Counted from the first letter of the stretch, positions 38,681 to 48,748 are shown. The stretch: DNA of 48,782 bases from Bacteroidota bacterium (GCA_036846145.1 DAIUCM010000005.1:11032-59813); one strand, 5' to 3'. A program made the numbers and translations. Notes: generated by a model from the sequence alone, not told the origin.

Positions 38681-41600
38681 ATGACCACAACACCGGAAAC
38701 AAAGCAACCAACAGACCAGCTCGAGAAAGGCACGTATGAAGTAATTCGCAACAGGCTACTGAACCAGGGCATCGATTTGCAACAGCGCATTGGCAAACTG
38801 AACGATGCGCGCAAAAGCATTTTTGGTACGCTGGAGAGTAAGCTGGTGGCCACAGAACGTATTACCACGGAGCACAATTGCATCCCGATGGACATGATTC
38901 CCGTGGGCGATTTTTTCCTGTTTGGTTACAATGTACGTTTCGGCCTTAAGACAGAGATTGCGCTGGAGGATGTTTTTTCCATATATAAGAAGTCCGAAAA
39001 ATATTTTCAGCATGTTGGGCTTGAGCTGATTTCCGATGCGCGTTTTGCCGAAGATTTCAGGAATTTATACAAGTATTTCCGCGAAACAAGGTTTATAAAG
39101 TTTGCGCAGATCGGGCCGCATTTGTTCATGGTTTTCCAGGTTGGCAAAACGGTGAACGATGTGAAAACTTTTAAATGGACGCTCTCGCCAAAAGGTGAAC
39201 TGGTTTACCTCGATAATCGCAGCGACCATGAATTTACTTATCCGCAACAATACGAATTCAGCTGGAAACGCACTACACGCGAGCAGCATCGCGAAGGTTT
39301 GCATCCGCATATTTCTATTGAAGACAAGGTTTTTGTAGAGACTATTGGCGGCGACTTAACCATAAAAATTGAAGATAATACGAGCACCGGCAAGGGAATT
39401 TACAGCGAGGAAGTTGAGCTGAAAGACCAGACTTTGGATGACGGTGAGATCTATTATTCCATATTGGGAAATATTATTCTGCTGAAAATTCGCCCGTACA
39501 AAGAGAACAAATACCGCTACCTGGTTTACAACCAGAAATTGCAACAGGCGCTGCGGATTAACGCGCTGGAAGACAGTTGTATTTTGCTTCCTGAAGGCCA
39601 AGGAATTATTTTCAGCAACGGCTTTTACCTGCAAACCGGCGAGCACAAATTATTCGAAGGCAAGCAGGAGAAAATGATCTTCGAAAAGCGAATTGCTTCA
39701 CCCAATGGCGAGGATTTCCTGTTCGTTTATTTTAAGCCGGAAGACACTTCTTACCTGCTGCTTTTTTATAACCTCATTGAGCAAAAAATTACCAATACCA
39801 TTTTTTGCCACGGTTACAGTTTGTTCGAAAATGGCGAGCTGAGTTTTTTCCGTGCCGATACCGAACCGCAGAAATTTCACACCATTTCTACCTGGCAAAC
39901 TGCTTTCACCGGCCCGAATTATGTTTGGGATACACAAAGCGATTCGTATTTGTATAAGGTTGGAAATAAGGAAATTGTGAAGGCAATGGCCGATTGCCGC
40001 GCGCTGCACACTTTGCTCAACAAGGAAGATTCTTACCTGAACCTATATATAGATCTTTCGAAAAAAGCTTCGGAAATTCTGGATGCGTATCATTGGCTCG
40101 ATAAACCCGATGCGTACGAGTTGATTCAGCCCTTGTCCACCATTCGCGAGGCAGCTTCTTCGGCCATTAATGAGTTCGAAAAAGTTAGCGCCATACGAAA
40201 AAACACTGCGCAGGAAGTTGAAAAAGTAACCGAAAAATTCAGTAAACTAAGTAAAATTGTAAAGCATGATGCAGACAATATTACAGAATTTGTTCAGCAT
40301 TTGTCTGATTTGCGTGTGTTACGTGGCGAGCTGATTTCAGCCAAAAAACTTCGCTATGCAGATGTAAAATCTTTGCATGATTTTGAAGTCCAAACTGAAG
40401 TTTTAAGTGATGATGTTTCACAAAGATGCGTTACTTTTTTACTCGGGGAAAAAGCGCTTTCGCCATACGAGGAACAGGTAAAAACGCTGAGCCAATCTAT
40501 TCCTGCGCTGACCAAAACTACCGATGCAGATGCGGTTGAAGAGCAGGCGAAAAAATTATCAGCCGAACTGGAAATGCTCATAGAAACGGTGAGCAACCTG
40601 AAGATAAAAGACCCGACAGAAACAACGCGGATTATTGATGCTATTTCCGCAATTTATTCCGGCTTTAACCAGATTCGCGCGGCACTAAAAAACAAGCGCC
40701 AAAACCTGGCAGGAGAGGAGGGAAAAGCTGAATTTAATGCGCAGTTAAAGCTTGTCGATCAGTCGGTTATAAACTTTCTGGATGTTTGTGATAAGCCCGA
40801 AAAATGCGATCAGTACCTGAATAAACTGATGGTGATGCTGGAAGAAATGGAAGGCAAATTTTCTGCTTTCGATGAATTCGTATCACTTATCACTGAAAAG
40901 CGCGAAGAGGTTTATTCCGCTTTTGATGCACGAAAAATTCAGCTTACCGAAGCGCAGCAAAAACGCGCTGCGAGTTTAATGGCTTCTGCAGAACGGATTC
41001 TGAATGGCGTGAAAAACCGTTCCCTGAGTTTCAGTGAAGCGGCAGATGTAAACGGTTATTTCGCTGCGGATGCGATGGTTTCGAAGGTTCGCGATATTGC
41101 AAGTCAGCTGAAAGAAATTGGTGAAAACCTGAAAGCTGATGAGCTGGAAGGCAAACTGAAAACGCTGAATGAAGATGCGCTGCGCCAGTTGAAAGACAAG
41201 AAGGAAATGTACCTTTCCGGCGGGAATGTCATCAAGATCGGCAAGCACCAGTTCTCTGTAAACACGCAGCCGATCGATCTTTCCATCATCGCCAAAGAAG
41301 ACAAACTTTTCTTCCATTTAAGCGGCACAAAATTCTACGAAGAAATTAAGGATGAATCGCTTCAAAGCGCTAAAAATCTTTGGGAGCAACATCTTGTTTC
41401 TGAAAATAATGATGTTTATCGGTCTGAATATTTAGCATGGAAAATCTTCGCGGCAACCAAAGGAAACCGCATACTTTCAATAGCAGAAAATGAAAAAGTC
41501 AATATAAGCGAACTGCAAAAAATGCTTTCGGCAGATTTACTATTGTACGTGCAGAAATGCATGGCGCCGCTGTACAATGAAGGTTATATTAAAGGTGTTC

Positions 41601-43606
41601 ATGATGCAGATGCGGCGAAGATTTTAGAAGTTTTGGTTGCGACGGATTCAGGTGCGGATTTGCTGCGTTACAACAGTAATTCACGGGCTTGTGCGAGTTT
41701 ATACTGGCATCATTTTGTGGCAGATGAACGCAAACAATTGCTGCAGCACAGGCTCAAAGGAGTTGGTATAATTCTACAGGTTTTCCCGAATTCAAAACAG
41801 TTTCAACAGCTTGTAAACGAAATTGATGCGGATATTAAGAACTTCATCAAAGAAACAGAATTATTTGAGGTTGAAATCGCTGATGAAGCAGCAGAATACT
41901 TGTTCCATGAGATCAGCCGCGATGATGAATTTATTGTGGATGCGCAAGCCGTTCACCTGCAAACCATGTTCACCGATTATCTTACGCAGCACAATTTTTA
42001 CCACGATTTTGAGAAATCTGTAAAGGCGCTTGATGGCAACTGGACCGCTAAATACCGCTTGCTGAGAAAATGGATCGCCGCATATATAGAATTCGCAGAA
42101 AATGCTTCAAGTCATGGATTTAGAGATGAAATAGCAGCGTTGCTACTGCATCACAATTCGCATACAGAAAAAATTCATGCGGTTGCCTTGCAGCAGGAAA
42201 TTGATGGAATGAACGGAAATCATCATTTAATTCAAAACGGAAAATACCAGTTCGATTTCCACCAATTCAATAAAAAATTACTGGCTTTCCATAAAGAATC
42301 TGTTCCTGCATTTATAGAATTTCAGCATCGTAAAAAAGCCCTTACGGACCAGTTCCGCAAGCAGTTAAGATTGGAAGAATTCCAGCCGAAAGTGCTTACA
42401 TCTTTTGTGCGAAACAAGCTTCTGGATAATGCCTATTTGCCATTTATCGGCGATAATCTCGCGAAGCAATTGGGAACAGTTGGCGATACAAAACTCAGCG
42501 ACAGAATGGGAATGTTACTGTTGATCTCGCCGCCGGGTTACGGTAAAACCACATTGATGGAATACTTGTGCAGCCGATTGGGATTGGTTTTCATGAAGAT
42601 AAACGGACCAGCTATTGGCCACAATGTAATGTCTGTTGATCCGAAAGAAACCGGAAATGCTGCTGCTGCAGAAGAACTGGAAAAGCTGAATCTTGCGCTG
42701 GAAATGGGTGATAATATGATGTTGTATCTTGATGATATTCAGCATTGTAATCCGGAGTTTTTACAGAAATTTATTTCGCTTTGTGATGCGCAACGGAAAA
42801 TGGAAGGTGTTTACAAAGGCAGAAGCAAAACCTATGATCTGAAAGGCAGGAAAGTTTGCGTGGTGATGGCCGGAAATCCATATACAGAAAGCGGCGAGAA
42901 ATTCCGTATTCCGGATATGTTGGCGAACCGTGCGGATATTTATAATCTGGGTGATGTTGTTGGCAGCGCGAACCATTTTTTCACATTGTCCTATATAGAA
43001 AATTGCCTTAGCGTAAATCCTGTGCTCAATAAATTAGCCACAAAAAGCCAGGCTGATATTTATTCTTTCCTGAAAATGGCCGAGAATGAAGGGGCAGAAG
43101 GTTTGAATTTTGAAGCCTCATATTCCGCTGCAGAAGTACAGGAAATTGTAAGCGTTTTACGCAAGTTAACGAAAATTCGCGATGTGATTTTCCGTGTGAA
43201 CCAGGAATATATTCATTCTGCTGCGCAAGCTGAAGAATATCGTACTGAGCCTGCTTTCCGCTTACAGGGTTCTTACCGCGATATGAGCAAGATTGCCGTT
43301 AAAGTTTTGCCTGTTTTAAATGATGCTGAATTGGATGAATTGCTGCTTTCACATTATACCAACGAATCGCAAACCTTAACTAGCGGCGCTGAAGCTAATC
43401 TGCTGAAGTTTAAGGAAATGGTTGGCTGGATGAATGAAAAAGATAAACAGCGCTGGGAAGACATTAAAACAACTTTCGTGAAGAATAACAAGTATAAATC
43501 GCTTGGTGAAAGTTCTGTTAATCATGTTATTACGCATATGGAGAATATGACGGAAGGGATTAATTCGATTGCGCAGGTTTTGGCGAAAGCGGTTGAAGGG
43601 AAGTAA
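38681..43606 (+). CDS. Very large (1641 aa) protein with a C-terminal AAA+ ATPase domain (AAA_5/MoxR-McrB-like) and an N-terminal roughly 1250 aa of mostly alpha/coiled-coil region of unknown function
   Basis: Walker A LLISPPGYGKTTLMEYL, Walker B MMLYLDDIQHCNPE and sensor/arginine-finger region VCVVMAGNPYTE...RIPDMLANRADIYNLG are placed around residues 1290-1450. The ORF is uninterrupted. Confidence 0.8.
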   Translation: MTTTPETKQPTDQLEKGTYEVIRNRLLNQGIDLQQRIGKLNDARKSIFGTLESKLVATERITTEHNCIPMDMIPVGDFFLFGYNVRFGLKTEIALEDVFSIYKKSEKYFQHVGLELISDARFAEDFRNLYKYFRETRFIKFAQIGPHLFMVFQVGKTVNDVKTFKWTLSPKGELVYLDNRSDHEFTYPQQYEFSWKRTTREQHREGLHPHISIEDKVFVETIGGDLTIKIEDNTSTGKGIYSEEVELKDQTLDDGEIYYSILGNIILLKIRPYKENKYRYLVYNQKLQQALRINALEDSCILLPEGQGIIFSNGFYLQTGEHKLFEGKQEKMIFEKRIASPNGEDFLFVYFKPEDTSYLLLFYNLIEQKITNTIFCHGYSLFENGELSFFRADTEPQKFHTISTWQTAFTGPNYVWDTQSDSYLYKVGNKEIVKAMADCRALHTLLNKEDSYLNLYIDLSKKASEILDAYHWLDKPDAYELIQPLSTIREAASSAINEFEKVSAIRKNTAQEVEKVTEKFSKLSKIVKHDADNITEFVQHLSDLRVLRGELISAKKLRYADVKSLHDFEVQTEVLSDDVSQRCVTFLLGEKALSPYEEQVKTLSQSIPALTKTTDADAVEEQAKKLSAELEMLIETVSNLKIKDPTETTRIIDAISAIYSGFNQIRAALKNKRQNLAGEEGKAEFNAQLKLVDQSVINFLDVCDKPEKCDQYLNKLMVMLEEMEGKFSAFDEFVSLITEKREEVYSAFDARKIQLTEAQQKRAASLMASAERILNGVKNRSLSFSEAADVNGYFAADAMVSKVRDIASQLKEIGENLKADELEGKLKTLNEDALRQLKDKKEMYLSGGNVIKIGKHQFSVNTQPIDLSIIAKEDKLFFHLSGTKFYEEIKDESLQSAKNLWEQHLVSENNDVYRSEYLAWKIFAATKGNRILSIAENEKVNISELQKMLSADLLLYVQKCMAPLYNEGYIKGVHDADAAKILEVLVATDSGADLLRYNSNSRACASLYWHHFVADERKQLLQHRLKGVGIILQVFPNSKQFQQLVNEIDADIKNFIKETELFEVEIADEAAEYLFHEISRDDEFIVDAQAVHLQTMFTDYLTQHNFYHDFEKSVKALDGNWTAKYRLLRKWIAAYIEFAENASSHGFRDEIAALLLHHNSHTEKIHAVALQQEIDGMNGNHHLIQNGKYQFDFHQFNKKLLAFHKESVPAFIEFQHRKKALTDQFRKQLRLEEFQPKVLTSFVRNKLLDNAYLPFIGDNLAKQLGTVGDTKLSDRMGMLLLISPPGYGKTTLMEYLCSRLGLVFMKINGPAIGHNVMSVDPKETGNAAAAEELEKLNLALEMGDNMMLYLDDIQHCNPEFLQKFISLCDAQRKMEGVYKGRSKTYDLKGRKVCVVMAGNPYTESGEKFRIPDMLANRADIYNLGDVVGSANHFFTLSYIENCLSVNPVLNKLATKSQADIYSFLKMAENEGAEGLNFEASYSAAEVQEIVSVLRKLTKIRDVIFRVNQEYIHSAAQAEEYRTEPAFRLQGSYRDMSKIAVKVLPVLNDAELDELLLSHYTNESQTLTSGAEANLLKFKEMVGWMNEKDKQRWEDIKTTFVKNNKYKSLGESSVNHVITHMENMTEGINSIAQVLAKAVEGK

Positions 43607-43644
43607 GGTTTTTTGTCTATTGTGATTGAGCTATGAATGTTTGG

Positions 43645-44274
43645 TTTCGTACTTTTGTCTTAACACAAAAGTACCAAAAAGTCAAGGCTGTAAAGTCTTT
43701 GCTAAAAATCAACTAAAAGCATTTACCCACCCGTAAAAGGAGCCGCCAGTCTGTTTTGTGCATATTGGTTGCGTTGCATTGGCTCGCCTTTTACTTTGTA
43801 TGTTTGATTTACTTATCTTTAACTTTCTGCGTTTCAACTTACTAATACAATTATGCTTTTAGCTGATTTTCTTAACGCAAAGGCTTTAAGGCCAGTCCTA
43901 TAATCAGTGAGTAATTAACAAGGGTCAATGAAGTATTTTTCATTAAATAACCATCTGGAAAATTATTCACTCATTTACTCAATCACAAATTTGCTCATTG
44001 TATTTTGGGATCGGCATCTAAACTATTTGCGTGAAGAAAATGGTTGGAAAACATTTACTCTAATGGTGAATTGTAACTGGCAAATGTTAAAATAATGCTT
44101 AAAGAACTTACACAGCAACAGGCGAGCCAACGCAGTTTTAAGAAAAAGCACAAATTGATCTGGCGGCTCCTGTTGCGGGTGGAATCATGTTTTAAAACCA
44201 TTTTTAGCAAATTGTTTTAAGCCTTGACTTTTTGGTACTTTTGTATTAAGACAAAAGTACGAAAGCAAATAGTT
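43645..44274. repeat. 630-bp foldback-type element with about 45-bp near-perfect terminal inverted repeats; imperfect palindromic similarity extends about 130 bp inward
   Basis: TTTCGTACTTTTGTCTTAACACAAAAGTACCAAAAAGTCAAGGCT (43645-43689) and AGCCTTGACTTTTTGGTACTTTTGTATTAAGACAAAAGTACGAAA (44230-44274) are reverse complements with one mismatch. Each arm contains GTACTTTTGT-N6-ACAAAAGTAC. Matches continue inward (CCACCCG..AGGAGCCGCCAG..TTTGTGC on both sides), and the unit has no ORF. Confidence 0.55.
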
Positions 44275-44311
44275 GAAAAGCAATGTGTTCATTTTCAAAT
44301 AATTAAAAAAT

Positions 44312-44971
44312 TTAATCCTCCAAAGGCATTTTTTTGTAATCGCTTATATGGGGAATATCTGCAGAATTATCTTTCTCATTCATCCAATCGGGTTTTTCGG
44401 GCGGTTGCGGGCCGTGTTTTCGGTATAAAAAAGCTACCAAGCTTCCGGTAATGGCGCCAAACAAATGTGCTTCCCAGCTAATGCCTTCTTCACCGGGTAA
44501 AATCCCCCAAAGCATACTGCCATAAAACGCAATGATCAGGAGCGAGATGGCCATAAAAGAGCGGATTTTTTTGATTATTCCACTGAAAAACAGGAAGAAA
44601 GCGAAACCGTAAATAAGTCCGCTTGCACCGATGTGGTAGGTTCCGCCACGCGCGAAGATCCATATAAGCAAGCCTGTAAAAATGCTTATTAGGCTTATTA
44701 CCTGCCAGGCTTTCTGCCTGTAGAAATACAAAATGCCTATGCTTAAAACAAGTACCGGGCTGGTGTTAGATAGCAAATGCTTTAAATCGCCATGTATAAA
44801 TGGTGAAGAAATTATGCCTTTTAAGCCACTAATCTCGCGAGGCAAAATTCCCAGTTTGTACAGATCGAAGCCAAAAGTAATTTCCGCCCATTTTATCAGC
44901 CATATTACTATAACGAATAAAAAAGGCGGAATAAAACTTTTTATAATTGAAGTATTTTCCGGCATCTGCAT
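44312..44971 (-). CDS. Rhomboid-family intramembrane serine protease
   Basis: Multi-TM protein with the GxSG active-site motif (YHIGASGLIYGF) and a downstream conserved His region (LWGILPGEEGISWEAHLFGAITG). Confidence 0.8.
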   Translation of the reverse strand: MQMPENTSIIKSFIPPFLFVIVIWLIKWAEITFGFDLYKLGILPREISGLKGIISSPFIHGDLKHLLSNTSPVLVLSIGILYFYRQKAWQVISLISIFTGLLIWIFARGGTYHIGASGLIYGFAFFLFFSGIIKKIRSFMAISLLIIAFYGSMLWGILPGEEGISWEAHLFGAITGSLVAFLYRKHGPQPPEKPDWMNEKDNSADIPHISDYKKMPLED

Positions 44972-45035
44972 ATATGCATTTTTGCAAACTCAGCGCCAGT
45001 AAATTTCCTGATCACTTTGTCAGTTCAATCTATAA

Positions 45036-47723
45036 TTATATGGGATGTACAGGCTGCTTTGCGGGTTGAGGCGTTTTATCCAGGTTCGGAATTTCGCTAC
45101 GGTTAAGTTCAAAAGCATCCTCTTTTTCCTTGTAGCTCATCACTGTCTCCAGCGTTTCCTGTACCACATCACTGCAAATAGTTATAAAACTGCCTTTTTG
45201 CGCGTTATTAATAGCGAACTCTATAGCTTCAGCTTCATCTTTTACAATTGTAACTTTTTTGTTTGTTGAAGATTTTTCTATCCCCTGCAACAGCAAATCA
45301 TTCACTTCATTTTCCTTCCTGCCGCGCATGTCTTTATCATGGCGGATAATAATTTCATCGAACATGGTAGCTGCTATTTCGCCAACGCAAATAATATCTT
45401 CATCTCTTCTGTCGCCAACGCCTGCAATTACACCCACTTTTGGCGCGTCATCTATTTTCTCAAGGAATTTGCTTACCGCTTTCATGCCCGCCGGGTTATG
45501 CGCGTAATCTACCATCAGCTGGAAATCCTTGAAACGGAAAATATTCATTCTGCCAGGTGTTTGCGCCGGTGAAGGAATAAAGGTTTCCAGGGCAAGTTTC
45601 ATGTCCTCGATTTTAAAATTGCGAACATAACCGGCCAAAACGGCAGGCAAAATATTCTGGATCATGAATAATGCTTTACCGGAAAAAGTAAGCGGAATAT
45701 TTACAATTTTGCTAACGCGGATCTTCCAGTCGCCTTTACAAATAGTGATGAAGCCATTTTCCGCTACAGCAGCCAGTCCGCCATTTTCGCAATGCCTTAA
45801 TATTCTGGGGTTATTTTCATCCATGCTGAACAATGCTATTTTACAGTCGAGCGTTTTGCGCATGGCATAAACCAGGTCATCATCAGCATTTAAGATAGCG
45901 TAACCTTCCGGGAAAACACTTTCCGGAACTACAGCTTTAACCCGTGCAAGGTCATCGAGTGTGTTGATGCCTTTCAAACCTAAATGATCTGCCGCAATGT
46001 TAGTTACTATCCCAATATCGCAATTATGAAAGCCTAAACCTGATTTTAAGATTCCGCCACGCGCACATTCCAGAACAGCGAAATTTACAGTTGGGTCTTT
46101 CAATACAAATTCTGCGCTTCGGGCGCCGGTTGTATCTCCCCGTTCAACCATTCGGTTTTGGATGTAAATGCCATCTGAAGTGCAGAAACCAACTTTATAG
46201 CCCATCGTTTTCACCATGTGCGCGATAAGCCTGGTTGTTGTGGTCTTTCCGTTTGTACCGGTAACCGCAATAATCGGTATTCGTGCATCACTACCTGGCG
46301 GGAAAAGCATATCAATAACCGGTTCAGCAACGTTGCGCGGCAAACCTTGTGTTGGTGCCACATGCATTCTGAAACCGGGTGCAGCATTCACTTCTAAAAC
46401 AGCAGCGCCATTTTCGTTTACCGGAACTGTAATATCAGGCGTCATCAGGTCAATTCCGCAAATATCCAGGCCAATAATTCGTGCAATGCGTTCTGCCATA
46501 AATATATTATACGGGTGAACCATATCTGTAACATCTATTGCCGTGCCGCCGGTACTGATGTTGGCCGTAGTTTTAAGATACAGTTCTTCACCTTGTGGAA
46601 TTACGCTATCTAAAGTGAGGTTTTTCTCCTTTAAAATTGTGCGGGTGTTGTTGTCCACTTTTATAGCGGTGAGCACTTTTTCATGTCCGTAACCTCTGCG
46701 CGGATCTTTATTAACTTCATCAATTAATTCCTGTATGGTAGATTTTCCATCGCCTTTAACCATAGCAGGTACGCGCTTGGCAGCAGCTACAAATTTGTAA
46801 TTGATCACCAGCAAACGATGATCATGCCCGGTGATGTATTTTTCTATAATTACCGCTTTGTCGTACTTCTGCGCAGCTTTAAAACCTTCAATCGCCTGCT
46901 CAAGATTCTGAATATTTATAGAAGCGCCTTTGCCGTGATTTCCGTTGATAGGTTTTGTAACCAGCGGATAGCCAATATTTTCTATTGCTTCTTTCAGTTC
47001 ACTTTCATTGTAAACTATTTCGCCAGTAGGAACCGGTATATTGGCTTTTTGCAATAAATACTTGGTTTCCTCTTTATCGCCTGCAATTTCTACAGCTATG
47101 GAGCTTGTTGTGCTTGCAATGGTAGCCTGTACCCGGCGCTGGTTAATGCCATAGCCTAATTGTACAAGCGAATGTTTATTTAAGCGGATATGCGGAATAC
47201 CACGCGCACAAGCTTCGTTTACAAGTGACCCGGTACTTGGCCCTAAACGCTCCTGCTCGCGAATTTCTCGCATACGCTGTATATCTGTGGCAAGATCGTA
47301 TTCTTTTCCATCAATCAAAGCCTGCACAATATCTACGGCAGCTCTCGCTGCAAAACGGCCAACACGTTCCTCGGTATAAGCAAAAACCACATTGTAAATA
47401 CCGTATTCACCGGTTCCCCGGGTGCGCCCAAAGCCCACTTCCATGCCTGCAAGGGTTTGTATTTCAAGCGCAATATGTTCTACAATATGGCCCATCCATG
47501 TTCCTTGTTCAACCCTATCGAAAAAGCCACCGCGGTAACCTTCCGAGCAGCGATGCTCATACATACTTGGAAGCATTTTCTCTAACCTGCCAATAAATCC
47601 CGGAATTTTATTGCTGGGTTTTTCTTCCATTTCTTCCAGGTCCAGCTTCATGGCAATTAATTTATGTCTCCATATCGACCAGTAATTGGGCCCATCTAAT
47701 GCACGTATTTCTAATATCTTCAT
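45036..47723 (-). CDS. cphA: Cyanophycin synthetase
   Basis: MKILEIRALDGPNYWSIW... is a typical CphA N-terminus. An ATP-grasp domain (GYPLVTKPINGNHGKG) is followed by a Mur-ligase-like domain (IIAVTGTNGKTTTTRLIAHM); 895 aa. Confidence 0.92.
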   Translation of the reverse strand: MKILEIRALDGPNYWSIWRHKLIAMKLDLEEMEEKPSNKIPGFIGRLEKMLPSMYEHRCSEGYRGGFFDRVEQGTWMGHIVEHIALEIQTLAGMEVGFGRTRGTGEYGIYNVVFAYTEERVGRFAARAAVDIVQALIDGKEYDLATDIQRMREIREQERLGPSTGSLVNEACARGIPHIRLNKHSLVQLGYGINQRRVQATIASTTSSIAVEIAGDKEETKYLLQKANIPVPTGEIVYNESELKEAIENIGYPLVTKPINGNHGKGASINIQNLEQAIEGFKAAQKYDKAVIIEKYITGHDHRLLVINYKFVAAAKRVPAMVKGDGKSTIQELIDEVNKDPRRGYGHEKVLTAIKVDNNTRTILKEKNLTLDSVIPQGEELYLKTTANISTGGTAIDVTDMVHPYNIFMAERIARIIGLDICGIDLMTPDITVPVNENGAAVLEVNAAPGFRMHVAPTQGLPRNVAEPVIDMLFPPGSDARIPIIAVTGTNGKTTTTRLIAHMVKTMGYKVGFCTSDGIYIQNRMVERGDTTGARSAEFVLKDPTVNFAVLECARGGILKSGLGFHNCDIGIVTNIAADHLGLKGINTLDDLARVKAVVPESVFPEGYAILNADDDLVYAMRKTLDCKIALFSMDENNPRILRHCENGGLAAVAENGFITICKGDWKIRVSKIVNIPLTFSGKALFMIQNILPAVLAGYVRNFKIEDMKLALETFIPSPAQTPGRMNIFRFKDFQLMVDYAHNPAGMKAVSKFLEKIDDAPKVGVIAGVGDRRDEDIICVGEIAATMFDEIIIRHDKDMRGRKENEVNDLLLQGIEKSSTNKKVTIVKDEAEAIEFAINNAQKGSFITICSDVVQETLETVMSYKEKEDAFELNRSEIPNLDKTPQPAKQPVHPI

Positions 47724-47848
47724 AATTGCTTTTTAACTTATGGGAAACGAGTTTGTAAGATAAGTATTTTTTAATAAGTGTATATATGTAAATAAATATA
47801 TTGGTATGATGTTTGGGTGAAGTACTTTTGTAACAAAATATATATGGC

Positions 47849-48748
47849 GTGATTATACCAAAAGGAAAACTGATAGCTATAGGCGGGGCGGAAGATAAAG
47901 GCACACAGCCTGAGCCAAATTTTATACAAAAAAACAATCTTCACTTTTTTGAGCTTGGTATTCTGAAGCGTATTCTTGAGGAAATGAAAGGAGATAACCC
48001 TGTAATAGAAGTAATTACAACCGCTTCTGTTATTCCTGAAGAAGTAGGTCAGAATTATTTGAATGCCTTTGGTAAACTTGGATGCACTAATGTAAATGTT
48101 ATGCATATTAAGGATAGGGAAGACGTTATGCAAGCCGAGTATATTGAACGTATTAAAAAAGCAAGCGGCATAATGTTTACCGGTGGCAACCAATTGCGTT
48201 TAAGCACCATATTTGGCGGCACCGAAATTATACGTATCTTAAAGCACCGTTACCAGCACGAGGAAGGCTTTGTAATTGCAGGCACAAGTGCCGGCGCAAT
48301 GGCTATGAGCAATCCAATGATTTATCTTGGTACTGCAGCAGAATCTCACTTAAAAGGTGCAGTAAAAATTACGACCGGCTTTGGTTTTATACAGGATGTA
48401 GTAATAGATTCGCACTTTGAGAAGCGCGGACGTTTTGGCAGGCTGGCACAAGCCGTTGCCGGAAACCCAACCAGTTTAGGAATAGGTTTGGGTGAAGATA
48501 CCGGCGTACTTATTACCAATGGAGATCACATGGAAATAATCGGTTCGGGCAGGGTTGTAATTTTAGATGGAAGGCAGATCCGCCACAGCAATATTGCTGA
48601 TATTCCGTTAGGAACGCCGATTGCTATGGAAGGAATGGTAGCGCATTTCTTAACCAAAGGAAATACGTACGAAATTTATGAAAGAAAATATAGTTATATA
48701 GCTCCCCCAGCTGTAATTGCCCAGCCAACAGAAGATAACGACTGGTAA
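47849..48748 (+). CDS. cphB: Cyanophycinase (peptidase S51)
   Basis: KLIAIGGAEDKG...IMFTGGNQLRL...GTSAGAMAMS carries the catalytic-Ser motif of S51 cyanophycinases. It is divergent from cphA, and the ORF track uses a GTG start. Confidence 0.88.
   Translation: MIIPKGKLIAIGGAEDKGTQPEPNFIQKNNLHFFELGILKRILEEMKGDNPVIEVITTASVIPEEVGQNYLNAFGKLGCTNVNVMHIKDREDVMQAEYIERIKKASGIMFTGGNQLRLSTIFGGTEIIRILKHRYQHEEGFVIAGTSAGAMAMSNPMIYLGTAAESHLKGAVKITTGFGFIQDVVIDSHFEKRGRFGRLAQAVAGNPTSLGIGLGEDTGVLITNGDHMEIIGSGRVVILDGRQIRHSNIADIPLGTPIAMEGMVAHFLTKGNTYEIYERKYSYIAPPAVIAQPTEDNDW

Noticed and set aside
44224-44451. 75-aa plus-strand ORF
   Set aside because: It starts inside the right arm of the foldback element and runs antisense into the rhomboid gene, so it is an artefact.
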